Shown here piece after piece: positions 42,356-52,726 of a DNA stretch of 64,000 bases. The DNA lies in assembly GCA_964386355.1 (NCBI GenBank), contig CAYLQQ010000003.1, positions 5,880 through 69,879 on the forward strand. The letters run 5' to 3'. Position 1 is the first letter of the stretch, and each line of letters opens with the position of its first letter. The position numbers and the translations under genes were made by a program. Source of the DNA: an uncultured Pseudomonadales bacterium (lineage in GTDB: Bacteria > Patescibacteriota > Microgenomatia > UBA1400 > UBA1449). The notes under the pieces were generated by a model, which saw nothing but the letters and a program-made list of their open reading frames with translations, made no database searches and was not told the DNA's origin.

Positions 42356-43339
42356 TTACAATTTGATCTCAACTCTATACAACTGCTCGTTCACTGCTCC
42401 CAAATCATATTTATACCGCTCAGAACCTCTCATAAAATCATATATCTTATACTCTCTCCCCATATACTTTTGCATGATCAAAGCGTGGTTAAGCAAACCG
42501 ACGCTGTAATACCCATACTCTGGATCAAAACCGGAGTTGTACATAAGTAATCTATCATCCGACACAAATCCAATGGCTGATGCTGCCCGCTTACCATTGA
42601 CTTCCAAAAACCATAATTTAGTATGCCAACAGTTATACGAAAGCTGGGATACCTGCCAGAAAAAGTTTGCCATTTGTTCTGACATAAATTTTTCCTTGGC
42701 ACTATCAGATAGTCGATGTTGTCTAATAAACTCATCAAAATCTTCTTTATATATAGTATCCAACTCAATCAGTTTGCAGGGCATGGTTTCTAGCCGTTTT
42801 AGCTTCCGCCTGAGCTCTTTTCGGTCAACTCTAGCTAAATTAGAAAGATACTCATCCCAGGTTTGATCAAGCCTTATCCAGGGGGCTACTTCATCCGGAA
42901 TAATGTTTGCATACTGCTTCTGGTGAAAGTGCTTGTATATTGGACTATCTTCTCTCACGTAATCAAGCACTAGCTTGACAATGCCTTCGGTTTTTAAAAA
43001 GGCAAGAATCTGGATCCATATGTCTGCGTATATATGCGAGCTACTGTCAACACTTTGATCAACAACAATATCACCATAATCAGTGATCTCTTCTTTACCT
43101 AATACTGGCTTCATGCCCACAAACACCGCAAAATCTCCCATTTTTTCAAAGGTTGCCAATGCTAGAGTTTTACTGTTATGAATTACCTTAAGAAGCAACA
43201 AGCTGTTTTTTGGAATAAACTGCTGGGTAAATAACTGTGTATAAAGGTAAGACTGGAAAGGCGACAAATCTGACCGGCAAAATAATTTGTACCAGTCGTC
43301 TTTAACAGCAGATAGGTCTGTAATTTGAGTAATTTGCAC
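42356..43339 (-). CDS. GNAT-family acetyltransferase (CelD/BcsL-like)
   Basis: WDEYLSNL...RKELRRK, YNSGFDPEY..YSVG, YDFMRGSERYK. Confidence 0.85.
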   Translation of the reverse strand: MQITQITDLSAVKDDWYKLFCRSDLSPFQSYLYTQLFTQQFIPKNSLLLLKVIHNSKTLALATFEKMGDFAVFVGMKPVLGKEEITDYGDIVVDQSVDSSSHIYADIWIQILAFLKTEGIVKLVLDYVREDSPIYKHFHQKQYANIIPDEVAPWIRLDQTWDEYLSNLARVDRKELRRKLKRLETMPCKLIELDTIYKEDFDEFIRQHRLSDSAKEKFMSEQMANFFWQVSQLSYNCWHTKLWFLEVNGKRAASAIGFVSDDRLLMYNSGFDPEYGYYSVGLLNHALIMQKYMGREYKIYDFMRGSERYKYDLGAVNEQLYRVEIKL

Positions 43340-43384
43340 AGCGTTTAATAATGAAACTTAAAAAAACTTTGGAACAATGTACGT

Positions 43385-44736
43385 TTAAAACAATGTTCCC
43401 TGTTCAGTTTCATTTTGTGTAGTAACCATATCTGATTCTTGAGGAAAAATTCGTACCTTTCCAAACTCGCCATCAAACCCAGGCGAAACAAATATCTTTC
43501 CCTCCCTTGCCATTTGTATTGCCTCAGCCAAACGTTCTCCACCAGCTTTTTCAATCTCCTCTATTGTAATCTGAGAAAGTATCCTGAGTTCGCTGCCAAG
43601 TGTATAAATTAAGGTATCATAGGCAGCTTTAACCTTTTTACTTTTTTCTCCGGTTTTATACACTTCACTCAAAATTGCTGAGAGCGGAACCAGCATGCTA
43701 TACGGTTTTCTAAATATGCCTTTAGCTGTATATTCTAGCACACCATAGGCATTTTTTCTTTTTTCTACAGTCACATTATTATCTGCCAGTTGTTCTACTC
43801 TACCCAACACTCCGGGCGTCAATGACTTGCCACAGATAGGGCAGGTGTTGCCAAATTTGGCAATTTCCGCAGGCTCTCGTTTGATACCACAGTTACGGTG
43901 ACCATTGATATGGTACTTCCCTTCCTCGGGATAAAATTCTATCGTTTTTTCAATTTCCCAATCACCCTTATCCTGCAGGGCTAACCATAAATCCTTATAT
44001 GAAAATTTCTGATTTATTATTTTATTTTTATATATGTTATTTATTTTCTGAGTAAATAGGGTTAGTTCCCTCCCTATTTTTCAGGACTATGTGCATCAGA
44101 AAATGACACTATTGACCTGTTATCAAGTTCATTTATTTTCCAGTTCATCTCGGGATTTGAAGATAATCCGGTTTCTACTGCAAAGATATTCTCCGCGTAT
44201 TCTCCGTAACATTCCCGCAGACTATCAAATCCCGATTTAGCCCCCAGCACACCAAACCATGGCGTCCAGATGTGTGCAGGTATAACTAAAATACTGGGAT
44301 CTATGGTAAAAAGAAGTTCACATAATTGCCTAATAGATAAACTAATGATGGGACGTCCGTCCGAGCGGAGATTGCAGCCCCGCCTCTCCATCTCTTGTCT
44401 AACTTTACTTGCAATCTCTAAACTTGGCAGCAGCACAATGACATGTATTCTCCTTCCCTTTCCATACTGAGTGAAGATGCACGAAATCTCTCCGCCCACT
44501 ATGTAGCGGACAACATCGGTACCTTCTTGATTTTTTACCATATATACACCCTCATTTTGCTCAATGAGTTGATCCTGTAAGTTCAAAAACCACTCAGGAT
44601 TTGTAAAATCTCCGGTAGCAAGAAAGTTGATACCTTTGATTACCGCCATCTTTGCCATGACCGACAAATCCATTTGAGGCGATACTGCACGGGAATATTT
44701 GGAGTGCAGGTGAAGGTCGGCGACAATTGAATACAT
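43385..44736 (-). pseudogene. PHP-domain endonuclease Q-like / UvrD-associated protein split by a frameshift
   Basis: DLHLHSKYS, PAHIWTPWF, ETGLSS, SDAHS. One extra A in the run at 44077-44081 joins PEK-IGRE... to EGKYHINGHRNC...CPICGK and the 43385..43822 ORF (PGFDGEFG). Confidence 0.8.
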
Positions 44737-44745
44737 ATCTAAATG

Positions 44746-45537
44746 TTAGTTTCTTGCGCAATGACTTGTAATATAGTTAAAGATCAAGCGCGATACTTGT
44801 TCACGAGCGTTAATGATTGATATATGATTTGTGTCGATAAACTCAAGCAGGGCATTTGGTAAATGTATTGCCAAATCTATTTGACTTTCTCGAGGATAAA
44901 TTATGTCGTATTTTCCTCCAATAACCAAAGTAGGAATAGTAATATATTTAAGTTTTTCTTTGAAATTACATCTTGTTAAAGCTGTAAAAATTGTAATGTA
45001 ATAGCGCAAACCAACGTGTCCTATATCCGAAACCAGTCTGCGTATACTAATGTCTGTTGTACCAATAAACGTATCATGTATTATATGTCTGTTGATGTGA
45101 TTGGTCGGCACAAATGGAATCAAAAATTTAAATATTTTAATCAGTTGTGCAGCCTCGGCCAGTTTATATCCACTATTTATTAGCACCAAAGCTAATACAG
45201 AGTTTTGAAACCTGTAAGCATAGGCTAGCGCAACCAAACCACCCATACAATGTCCGACTATAATGGGATTATTTATTTTCAGCTTTTCTAATATCAAAGA
45301 AAGTACTTCAATATTTTCATTAAAATTGAACTTGCTGTTTGGGCGGTATGATAACCCATGTCCCGGCAAATCAATTGCAACATAGTTATATCCGACATCT
45401 ACCGTAGCTTGTTTCATAAACACCCAAGCCTTACAGTCACCACCTAATCCATGCAAATACAGCACATCACCTTTAGACTTTGCCTTGGTTGTATAATGGT
45501 CAACATAAACCATTCCTTCTGGTGTTTTTAGATACAT
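44746..45537 (-). CDS. Alpha/beta hydrolase
   Basis: LHGLGG, DLPGHG.S, GHCMGG (Cys at the nucleophile position), catalytic Asp/His near the C-terminus. Confidence 0.87.
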   Translation of the reverse strand: MYLKTPEGMVYVDHYTTKAKSKGDVLYLHGLGGDCKAWVFMKQATVDVGYNYVAIDLPGHGLSYRPNSKFNFNENIEVLSLILEKLKINNPIIVGHCMGGLVALAYAYRFQNSVLALVLINSGYKLAEAAQLIKIFKFLIPFVPTNHINRHIIHDTFIGTTDISIRRLVSDIGHVGLRYYITIFTALTRCNFKEKLKYITIPTLVIGGKYDIIYPRESQIDLAIHLPNALLEFIDTNHISIINAREQVSRLIFNYITSHCARN

Positions 45538-45569
45538 ACTGACATTATACCAAGTTAAGGTTTTGCAAT

Positions 45570-46421
45570 ATGTTACAACCCTATTTTTCTATTATCATCC
45601 CGTGTTTAAACGAAGAAAAAACATTACCTTTTCTACTTAAAGATATCCGTAAGCAATTCTGGAAGGATTATGAACTGATTGTTGTTGATGGTATGTCCAC
45701 TGATAAAACCCGGGAAATCGTTGTTTCCAGTTCCAATATAAAACTGCTAGAAAGTACTGTCCGCAACGTGTCCATTCAAAGAAACATGGGAGCAGCTAAA
45801 GCCACTGGTAAATATCTTATCTTTTTTGATGCAGACACCAGAATTCCTGCTTACTTTTTGACTGGGCTAGCGTATCAAATACAATATTCTAGGGCAGATA
45901 TGTTCACCTGTTGGGCTACGGTTGCTGAAAACAAACGCCAAAATAAAATGGTTGCATCACTGCTTAACATGGGAATGGAACTAGGTAAGTTTGTAGACAA
46001 CCCAGAAGTAGTAGGAGCTATGATGGGATTTAAGAGAAAGGTATTTAAGGCATTAAAAGGGTTTAATGCCGATATCACCTTTGCTGAAGATGTTGAATTA
46101 TGTAAAAGAGGATTTGAGCGGGGGTTTCGGTTTGAACTGTTTAGAAATCCCCGTTATATATATTCACTGCGCCGTTATCATGCTGAAGGGACTATCGCCA
46201 TGCTTCAAACTTACGCAAAACTGCATTCACGCATTTTACTTAGAGGATTCCCTACTAATGACCTAGACAATGTGTATCCTATGATGGGTGGCAGCTTGTA
46301 TATGGCGCAAAAGTATAAGGATGGGTTTTTAGCTCGAATGGAACGCAATATAGATAAAGCCCGATCCCTGGTTAATGTAAAAAAGTGGCCAACATTCTGG
46401 AAACGTATCCAACAAGATTGA
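45570..46421 (+). CDS. Glycosyltransferase family 2
   Basis: SIIIPCLNEE, VVDGMSTD, FFDAD, FAED. Confidence 0.9.
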   Translation: MLQPYFSIIIPCLNEEKTLPFLLKDIRKQFWKDYELIVVDGMSTDKTREIVVSSSNIKLLESTVRNVSIQRNMGAAKATGKYLIFFDADTRIPAYFLTGLAYQIQYSRADMFTCWATVAENKRQNKMVASLLNMGMELGKFVDNPEVVGAMMGFKRKVFKALKGFNADITFAEDVELCKRGFERGFRFELFRNPRYIYSLRRYHAEGTIAMLQTYAKLHSRILLRGFPTNDLDNVYPMMGGSLYMAQKYKDGFLARMERNIDKARSLVNVKKWPTFWKRIQQD

Positions 46422-46483
46422 AATAGTCTTATTCTTCTTATATTATCTTGTAAAATGCATACATACACTTTACACTAACAGTC

Positions 46484-47272
46484 ATGCCACCCTTTTTTTC
46501 TATAATTATTCCCACTCTTAACGAAGAAGAATACCTTCCTAAGCTGTTGACTGATATTTCTAACCAGTCTTTTCAAGATGTAGAAATTTTTGTGGTAGAC
46601 GGCAGATCAGAAGACAAAACTCGTCAACGTGCGCGTCAATACACCAAAGTTGCAATTATTGATTGTCACGAGCGCCATGTTTCAGTACAACGTAACATGG
46701 GAGCTTGGCAATCAAAAGGCGATTTTCTGCTCTTTTTTGATGCTGATACGCGTATCGGGTCCGACTTTTTACAGGCACTTAAAAACCAGCTAAAAAAACA
46801 CCCATCAGACGTAAGTGTTTGCTGGACTAAAGAGCTAGGTAAGCAAACTACCAACTCCCTTATCCATACTGTAGTTAATATTGGTGTTGAGCTAAGCAAG
46901 GCTATGGATAAGCCAACCGCCCAAGGCAGTCAAATGTGTTTTAATCGAGAAGTATTCAATAAAATCAAAGGTTTTAGTGAAACCATCAATTATGCCGAGG
47001 ATACTGAAATTGTCAGGCGTGCTGTCAACATGGGATACCACTTCGAAGTTTATAAAACCCCCCAGTTTGAGTATAGTCTGCGACGCATCAAAACCAATGG
47101 CTTAGGCAAAAGTCTTGAAAATTATATCAAACTTGGCTCACAAGTAATGAAAAACGAGTACCCCACTAAAAAGGTTACAGAGTACCCAATGGATGGTGGT
47201 AAAATGTACCCCAAACGTAAAAAACAAAAAACTATCAAATTGCGTGATGTGCTTCAGAAAATCGTGAGTTAA
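46484..47272 (+). CDS. Glycosyltransferase family 2 (paralog of the upstream gene)
   Basis: SIIIPTLNEE, VVDGRSED, FFDAD, YAED; shares the YPM.GG C-terminal motif. Confidence 0.9.
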   Translation: MPPFFSIIIPTLNEEEYLPKLLTDISNQSFQDVEIFVVDGRSEDKTRQRARQYTKVAIIDCHERHVSVQRNMGAWQSKGDFLLFFDADTRIGSDFLQALKNQLKKHPSDVSVCWTKELGKQTTNSLIHTVVNIGVELSKAMDKPTAQGSQMCFNREVFNKIKGFSETINYAEDTEIVRRAVNMGYHFEVYKTPQFEYSLRRIKTNGLGKSLENYIKLGSQVMKNEYPTKKVTEYPMDGGKMYPKRKKQKTIKLRDVLQKIVS

Positions 47273-48377
47273 TAATATCCGTAATTTTTTTCTTAAATAT
47301 ATCCTCATCAAACCTCCTCGCATTCTCCCACAAATCTTTCTTATTAAATTTCATCTTCTCAAACCTCCCCATTGCCTCAATCAAACTTTCAAGCGTGTAT
47401 TCTCTAAAGAACAACCCTGTCTTTCCATCAACAACCGTTTCCTTATATCCACCTCCATAGTAAGCCAATACCGGAGTCCCTGCAGCCTGTGCCTCTACTA
47501 CTGTCATTCCAAAATCCTCATCCAAGGCAAGGGCTAAAAATCCCTTGGCCCCGCTGTAATACTGACACAATTTTTCATCCTCAACTCTACCTACAAACTC
47601 TACCGTACTGCCTTTGAGCTTTTGCAGTTTCTCTTCCTCCCACCTCAAACCCGCGGTTTCGCCCACGATCTTAAGGTTCACCCCTAGCGTATTGGCAGCC
47701 TCAATCGCCATATCAATCCCCTTCGCCCCCACCACTCGCGAGACTATTAAATAATATTCTTTATTGTTTTGAGTTTTGAGTTTTGAGTTTTGAGTTTGGT
47801 CAATTATTTTATTGACCATAATCGGCGGATACACAATAGTACTATCTCTCCCATATATGCGTTTTACCCGCTCAGCCACATTTGCAGAGTTAACTACCAG
47901 AAGATCCGGCCTTTGGGCTGCATGCCAATCATACCTGCGTAAAAAATTGTTGACTACTTTTGCATAGAGCTTGATCAAAGGATACCGTTGCCATTCAATA
48001 GCAGTTGGATAACCATACAAATATCTGGGGGGGGTATGGATATAGCTTATATGGGTGCATTCAGGTGGAACAATAATACCTTTGGTTATGTACCACGAGG
48101 CTGATGAGATTACCACATCGAATTTTCTAAAATCAAAGCCTTCCCAAACCCAGGGAGCTAAAAAACGTAATGGACTATATAGTTTTTTGAATTTCAGGAT
48201 CGGAGCTGGTTCTGATTCAACAATTTTCTTATCTTTGAATTGCTTCCAGGCAGTACTACCTTTAATGATAAATGCTGTATATATGGGAGCATCAGGAAAC
48301 ATCTCACACAGCGTTTGTAAAACCCGTTCCGCCCCACCATATTCGGCCAGATAATCGTGTACAAGTGCAACCCGCAT
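47235..48377 (-). CDS. Glycosyltransferase family 4
   Basis: VHDYL..YGGAERV, YIHTPPRY, EDFGMTVVEAQAAG.PV. Confidence 0.92.
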   Translation of the reverse strand: MRVALVHDYLAEYGGAERVLQTLCEMFPDAPIYTAFIIKGSTAWKQFKDKKIVESEPAPILKFKKLYSPLRFLAPWVWEGFDFRKFDVVISSASWYITKGIIVPPECTHISYIHTPPRYLYGYPTAIEWQRYPLIKLYAKVVNNFLRRYDWHAAQRPDLLVVNSANVAERVKRIYGRDSTIVYPPIMVNKIIDQTQNSKLKTQNNKEYYLIVSRVVGAKGIDMAIEAANTLGVNLKIVGETAGLRWEEEKLQKLKGSTVEFVGRVEDEKLCQYYSGAKGFLALALDEDFGMTVVEAQAAGTPVLAYYGGGYKETVVDGKTGLFFREYTLESLIEAMGRFEKMKFNKKDLWENARRFDEDIFKKKITDIINSRFSEAHHAI

Positions 48378-48575
48378 AGTATTTTATTACTGCTACTTTA
48401 AACCTTAAGCAGACTAGATTAAACAAAAAAGCTTGAATGAAAGCCCAATCTTAAAAAAGAAATTTGGGAGGATTCATAGCTTTTAAGCGATAATTTACTG
48501 GCTAAGATTTAACGAGCTGTCTTTTCTTTTCTTATTTATCGTTTCTTAAGACAAACAAAGAAAAGGTATATTGTA

Positions 48576-49532
48576 TTAAAACAAACTCATTTGATCTTCG
48601 GCTTCTTTTTCTTTTTTCTTCTTTTCCTGCGGACTTAAAAAAATATCTTCAATATAATCTTTAGGTAGTCTTTTTATTAGAGATAGAAATTCTAACTTGG
48701 TAAACAGATCAACTACAGCAGCTTGGTCATAGTCACATAGTTTTGCCTTTTCAAGATTAAAATCTAAAGGAACTGTCCTATGTATTGTTGCCAGCTGCTT
48801 TGATAAGAAAGCGCTTTCCTTGTCTTTTTGAAGTTTCTCTTTAATACTTCCTTTGATTTGGTCAATATGTTCATAGATCATTTCAACTGATCCATACCTT
48901 TTAATAAGCTCTGTGGCTGTCTTAGGACCTATGCCCGTAACTCCCGGGATTTCATCGCTACTATCGCCTGCCAGGGCTTTGTAGTCAATCATCTGCAGTG
49001 GTAAAAATCCATACTCAGCTTCAAACGCTTCTGGATCAAATACCTTCTCTGCCTGCCTGCCACGGGCAGGGAACAGCACTCTCGTTTTGTAAGAAAGTAG
49101 TTGCAATAAGTCCCTGTCACCGGTAATGATATATGTCTGATCAACACAACATTCAGCCTCTCTTGAGATTGTGCCGATAATATCATCTGCCTCAAAACCG
49201 CTCATATTAAAACGAGGAATATTTAGCGTATCAACAACTTCTCTAGTTCGTTCTATTTGACTAACCAGACTATCATCCATTTTTGGCCGATGAGCTTTGT
49301 ACTCTGCAAACTTCTCATGCCGGAAAGTAGGCCCTTTTTCGTCAAAAGCCACTACTGCGTGTGTAGGTTTGAGTTGTTTAAACAGAGTCAGCAAAGTAGA
49401 GGTAAATCCATATGTAGCATTGGTTAACTCACCGTCTTTTGTTTGTAAAGTTGGAGGATACGCGTGGTAGGCACGATGTAAAAGCGCATTCCCGTCAAAG
49501 AGAATGATAGTAACTGGAGATTTCTTTTCCAT
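48576..49532 (-). CDS. Stand-alone 5'-3' exonuclease (Pol I N-terminal/FEN-like)
   Basis: DGNALLHRAYHA, YKAHR, EADDIIG, TGDRD, GDSSDEIPGV.GIGPKTA; no polymerase domain. Confidence 0.9.
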   Translation of the reverse strand: MEKKSPVTIILFDGNALLHRAYHAYPPTLQTKDGELTNATYGFTSTLLTLFKQLKPTHAVVAFDEKGPTFRHEKFAEYKAHRPKMDDSLVSQIERTREVVDTLNIPRFNMSGFEADDIIGTISREAECCVDQTYIITGDRDLLQLLSYKTRVLFPARGRQAEKVFDPEAFEAEYGFLPLQMIDYKALAGDSSDEIPGVTGIGPKTATELIKRYGSVEMIYEHIDQIKGSIKEKLQKDKESAFLSKQLATIHRTVPLDFNLEKAKLCDYDQAAVVDLFTKLEFLSLIKRLPKDYIEDIFLSPQEKKKKEKEAEDQMSLF

Positions 49533-49684
49533 ACTACCATTATATCAGGAAGTGTAAAACCGTCTGATTAGTAAATTGTGCTGCATAGAATGTATGATAG
49601 CTACATTACTACATATCATTTTCCGATTACTATGTAAGTTTAGAGGTGCAAGACATTGTTACGCTACGTGTGCTAAATATAATA

Positions 49685-50041
49685 CTAGCTAACGTCATTA
49701 GAATTTTTCTTTATTAAATACTCAATCTTTTTTTCAGTTCGGTCAAATCTTGCCTGCAAATCATCTAATTGCTGATTTATTTTTTTCCAATCTCTTTGCG
49801 TCCTCCTATGGGCATAATAGGACGCAATTAGCGTTATTGTAGTTGATAAAAACACCAAGCCTCCCAACATGAGCGTTGTAGCCACCACTCTTCCTCCTAA
49901 AGTAACTGGATAATAATCACCATAACCGACAGCAGCTACCGTCACCAGCGACCACCATAAACTCTCACCAAACGAATTGATGTTTGATCCGCTCTGTCCC
50001 CGTTCATACATGGGCACCACCACAGCAGCGGTCAGTATCAT
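49685..50041 (-). CDS. Two-TM potassium channel family protein (true start may lie upstream, near 50116)
   Basis: SLWWSLVTVAAVGYGDYYPVTLGGR; the frame stays open upstream of 50041 through a hydrophobic helix. Confidence 0.8.
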   Translation of the reverse strand: MILTAAVVVPMYERGQSGSNINSFGESLWWSLVTVAAVGYGDYYPVTLGGRVVATTLMLGGLVFLSTTITLIASYYAHRRTQRDWKKINQQLDDLQARFDRTEKKIEYLIKKNSNDVS

Positions 50042-50314
50042 GACCGCAAGCGCTAATATAAACTTATGTATCCGGTAGGTGTGGAATAGTTCTTTAAAAA
50101 GGAGTGAGGGTTTCAGATTAGTTATAGGTTGTAGGTTGTAAGAAAATAGGTCTTTACTGTTTTATACCTACAACTTACCACTTATATCTATTTCCATTAT
50201 GGCAGATACAACAAAAAAATAGAACAAGTATAAAATCTATACTATCAAACAATAGATTATTATTGCGTTACTTTTAAATAGGAGTAACTAGACTGCTACG
50301 ACACGAAGTGGGTT

Positions 50315-52207
50315 TTAAACCTTTTCCTTCATCAATTCCTCAAACTCATCTCTCTCAAGCGTTTCTTTCTTCATGAGATGGGTGGAGATCAGATCCAGCT
50401 TGTCTTTGTGTTCTTTGAGGATCTTCTGAGCTGTTTTATAGGCATTATCAATAAACATTCTAATCTCATTATCTACCTTAGCCTTCATTTCTTCAGACAA
50501 CTCAGATGGGGGAAGATAGGCTGCTGAGTATTTACTCTGGTCTACTTGAGCAGTCAAGCTCACAGGTCCCAGCTCTGACATACCATAGTCAACTACCATA
50601 CGCCTGGCCACCATGGTTACCTGCTCAATGTCTGATGCAGCACCCCCTGTCATTTCTTTAAACTGTAACATCTCAGCCGCCCTGCCTCCAAGCATCATTG
50701 CCATCATATCCATCAGTTCTGACCGAGTTTCATGGTATTTATCTTTTTCAGGCGGTACCTGAGTAAACCCTAGCGCATGACCCCGGGCAACTATGGAAAT
50801 ACGGTGCACCGGATCGACGTTTTTAAGGTAATAGGCACACAGAGCATGACCAGCCTCATGATAGGCAGTAATTAGCCGTTCCTCATCTGACTGCATCCGT
50901 TTCTTTTCAGGGCCTAACTTGACCTTAGTAGCTGCCTCTTCGATATCGGCCATTTCAATCTTATTTTTCTCCTCGCGCGCTGCCTTAATTGCCGCTTCAT
51001 TAAGCATATTTTCTAGATCGGCACCTGAAAAGCCAACTGTCCTACGGGCTACCCGATCCCAATTGATCGATTCATCAAAAGGCTTGCCTTTGGCATGAAT
51101 AGATAAGATATGCTTACGGCCTTCAATATCCGGCAATCCCAACACCACTCGCCTGTCAAAACGTCCGGGACGCAATAGTGCAGGGTCTAAGAGATCTCCA
51201 CGGTTAGTGGCAGCTAAAACAATTACGTTATCCCGCTGGGTAAACCCATCCATTTCTACCAAAATCTGGTTTAGAGTCTGTTCACGCTCATCATGACCAC
51301 CCGAAATAGAAGTTCCCCGCTGACGACCAATAGCATCAATTTCATCAATGAAAATAATTGCCGGATTCATTTTCTTGGCTGTGCCAAACAAATCACGGAC
51401 CCGGGAAGCACCAACACCAACCAGCATCTCCATAAACTCAGAACCAGCCATGGAAAAGTAAGGCACATCAGCTTCACCGGCTACCGCCCGAGCTAGTAGT
51501 GTTTTTCCAGTACCGGCAGGTCCAACCAAAAGGACTCCCTTAGGGGTCTTGGCTCCTAATCTCTGGTATTTTTTAGGATGTTTTAGAAAGTCTACAATCT
51601 CCTCAAGTTCCTGCTTAACTTCATCAACACCACCCACATCCTTAAATCTGACGTTTTGCTTACCCTTGATAAACAGTTTGGCTCGATTTTTACCAAATGA
51701 AAAGACACTATCCTGAGCTCCCCGCATTTGACGGAACACAAATATTGCCACAACTGAAATAATTATCAGAGGTAAAACAAGTTCTAAGATACTGGCAAAG
51801 GCACGTGAAGTAGACAAATCTTTGATATCTACCGTCACACCCTCCAGGTTGAGTTGGTTATCGGCAACCAGGTCGTAAAATGAGTTCTGGGGTTCCTTGC
51901 GAGTGGAGGCAACTTCATCACTATTTTTATAGTCAAGCTCTATTGTGTCCCCGCTGACCTCAATTTTTTCTACCCTACCCTCTTTAATTTCATTTATCGC
52001 CTGAGAAAGGCTGATGCTTTTGGGAGCCTGTGGCATGAACAGAGGTAGGAGGAAAAAGAGAGCTGCCAGTATGATTAACCACGTCTTAACACGCTGGCTA
52101 TTGAGATTAAATTTTAACTCAACTTTTCTAACTTTGACGTTGGGGTCTTTACTGATGCCATTACCGTTTTTAGTTCCGTTTTTGGATATATCTTTTTTTT
52201 CTGCCAT
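50315..52207 (-). CDS. ftsH: ATP-dependent zinc metalloprotease FtsH
   Basis: GPAGTGKT, FIDEIDA, RPGRFDR, HEAGH. Confidence 0.96.
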   Translation of the reverse strand: MAEKKDISKNGTKNGNGISKDPNVKVRKVELKFNLNSQRVKTWLIILAALFFLLPLFMPQAPKSISLSQAINEIKEGRVEKIEVSGDTIELDYKNSDEVASTRKEPQNSFYDLVADNQLNLEGVTVDIKDLSTSRAFASILELVLPLIIISVVAIFVFRQMRGAQDSVFSFGKNRAKLFIKGKQNVRFKDVGGVDEVKQELEEIVDFLKHPKKYQRLGAKTPKGVLLVGPAGTGKTLLARAVAGEADVPYFSMAGSEFMEMLVGVGASRVRDLFGTAKKMNPAIIFIDEIDAIGRQRGTSISGGHDEREQTLNQILVEMDGFTQRDNVIVLAATNRGDLLDPALLRPGRFDRRVVLGLPDIEGRKHILSIHAKGKPFDESINWDRVARRTVGFSGADLENMLNEAAIKAAREEKNKIEMADIEEAATKVKLGPEKKRMQSDEERLITAYHEAGHALCAYYLKNVDPVHRISIVARGHALGFTQVPPEKDKYHETRSELMDMMAMMLGGRAAEMLQFKEMTGGAASDIEQVTMVARRMVVDYGMSELGPVSLTAQVDQSKYSAAYLPPSELSEEMKAKVDNEIRMFIDNAYKTAQKILKEHKDKLDLISTHLMKKETLERDEFEELMKEKV

Positions 52208-52261
52208 GATAGTGTCAAATTAAGTAACAGGGTATTTTATCAGTAAAAGATGAAGAGAAAA

Positions 52262-52612
52262 TTAACGCACTACCGTTCCGTTTGGTAGGGGCTTATCAGG
52301 ACTCAAAAGGGCAATAGTCTCATCTCCAGCTGCAAGTAACATGCCGTTTGACTCCATTCCCATCATCTTTTTTGCCTGCAAATTAACGATGCCTACCACC
52401 TGGCGCTCTACCAGATCAGGCGCGTTGTACTGCAAGGATATGCCGGCAATGATCTGCTGTGTACCAACTTCTTCACCAAAATCCACTTCCAGCTTAACCA
52501 ATCGTTCTGATCCTAAAACTGCTTCGGCAAAGGTGATAGTGCCAACCCGTAAGTCGAGTTTAACAAAGTCTGGAAAGGCAATAGGGTCTTTGAGCATACA
52601 ATACCTCAACAC
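52262..52612 (-). CDS. tRNA-binding OB-fold protein (MetG C-terminal/CsaA-like)
   Basis: DFVKLDLRVG, QIIAGI, NL..KKMMGMESNGMLL. Confidence 0.85.
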   Translation of the reverse strand: MLRYCMLKDPIAFPDFVKLDLRVGTITFAEAVLGSERLVKLEVDFGEEVGTQQIIAGISLQYNAPDLVERQVVGIVNLQAKKMMGMESNGMLLAAGDETIALLSPDKPLPNGTVVR

Positions 52613-52726
52613 TGTAATTTTAAAATATGAGGTATTATATCAATAGATTAATCCAAAGGCAATCGAAGCGGGGTAATGATGAGGTAATGATGGCGTAAGA
52701 ATTGGGGTATTTGCAATCTGTTTACC

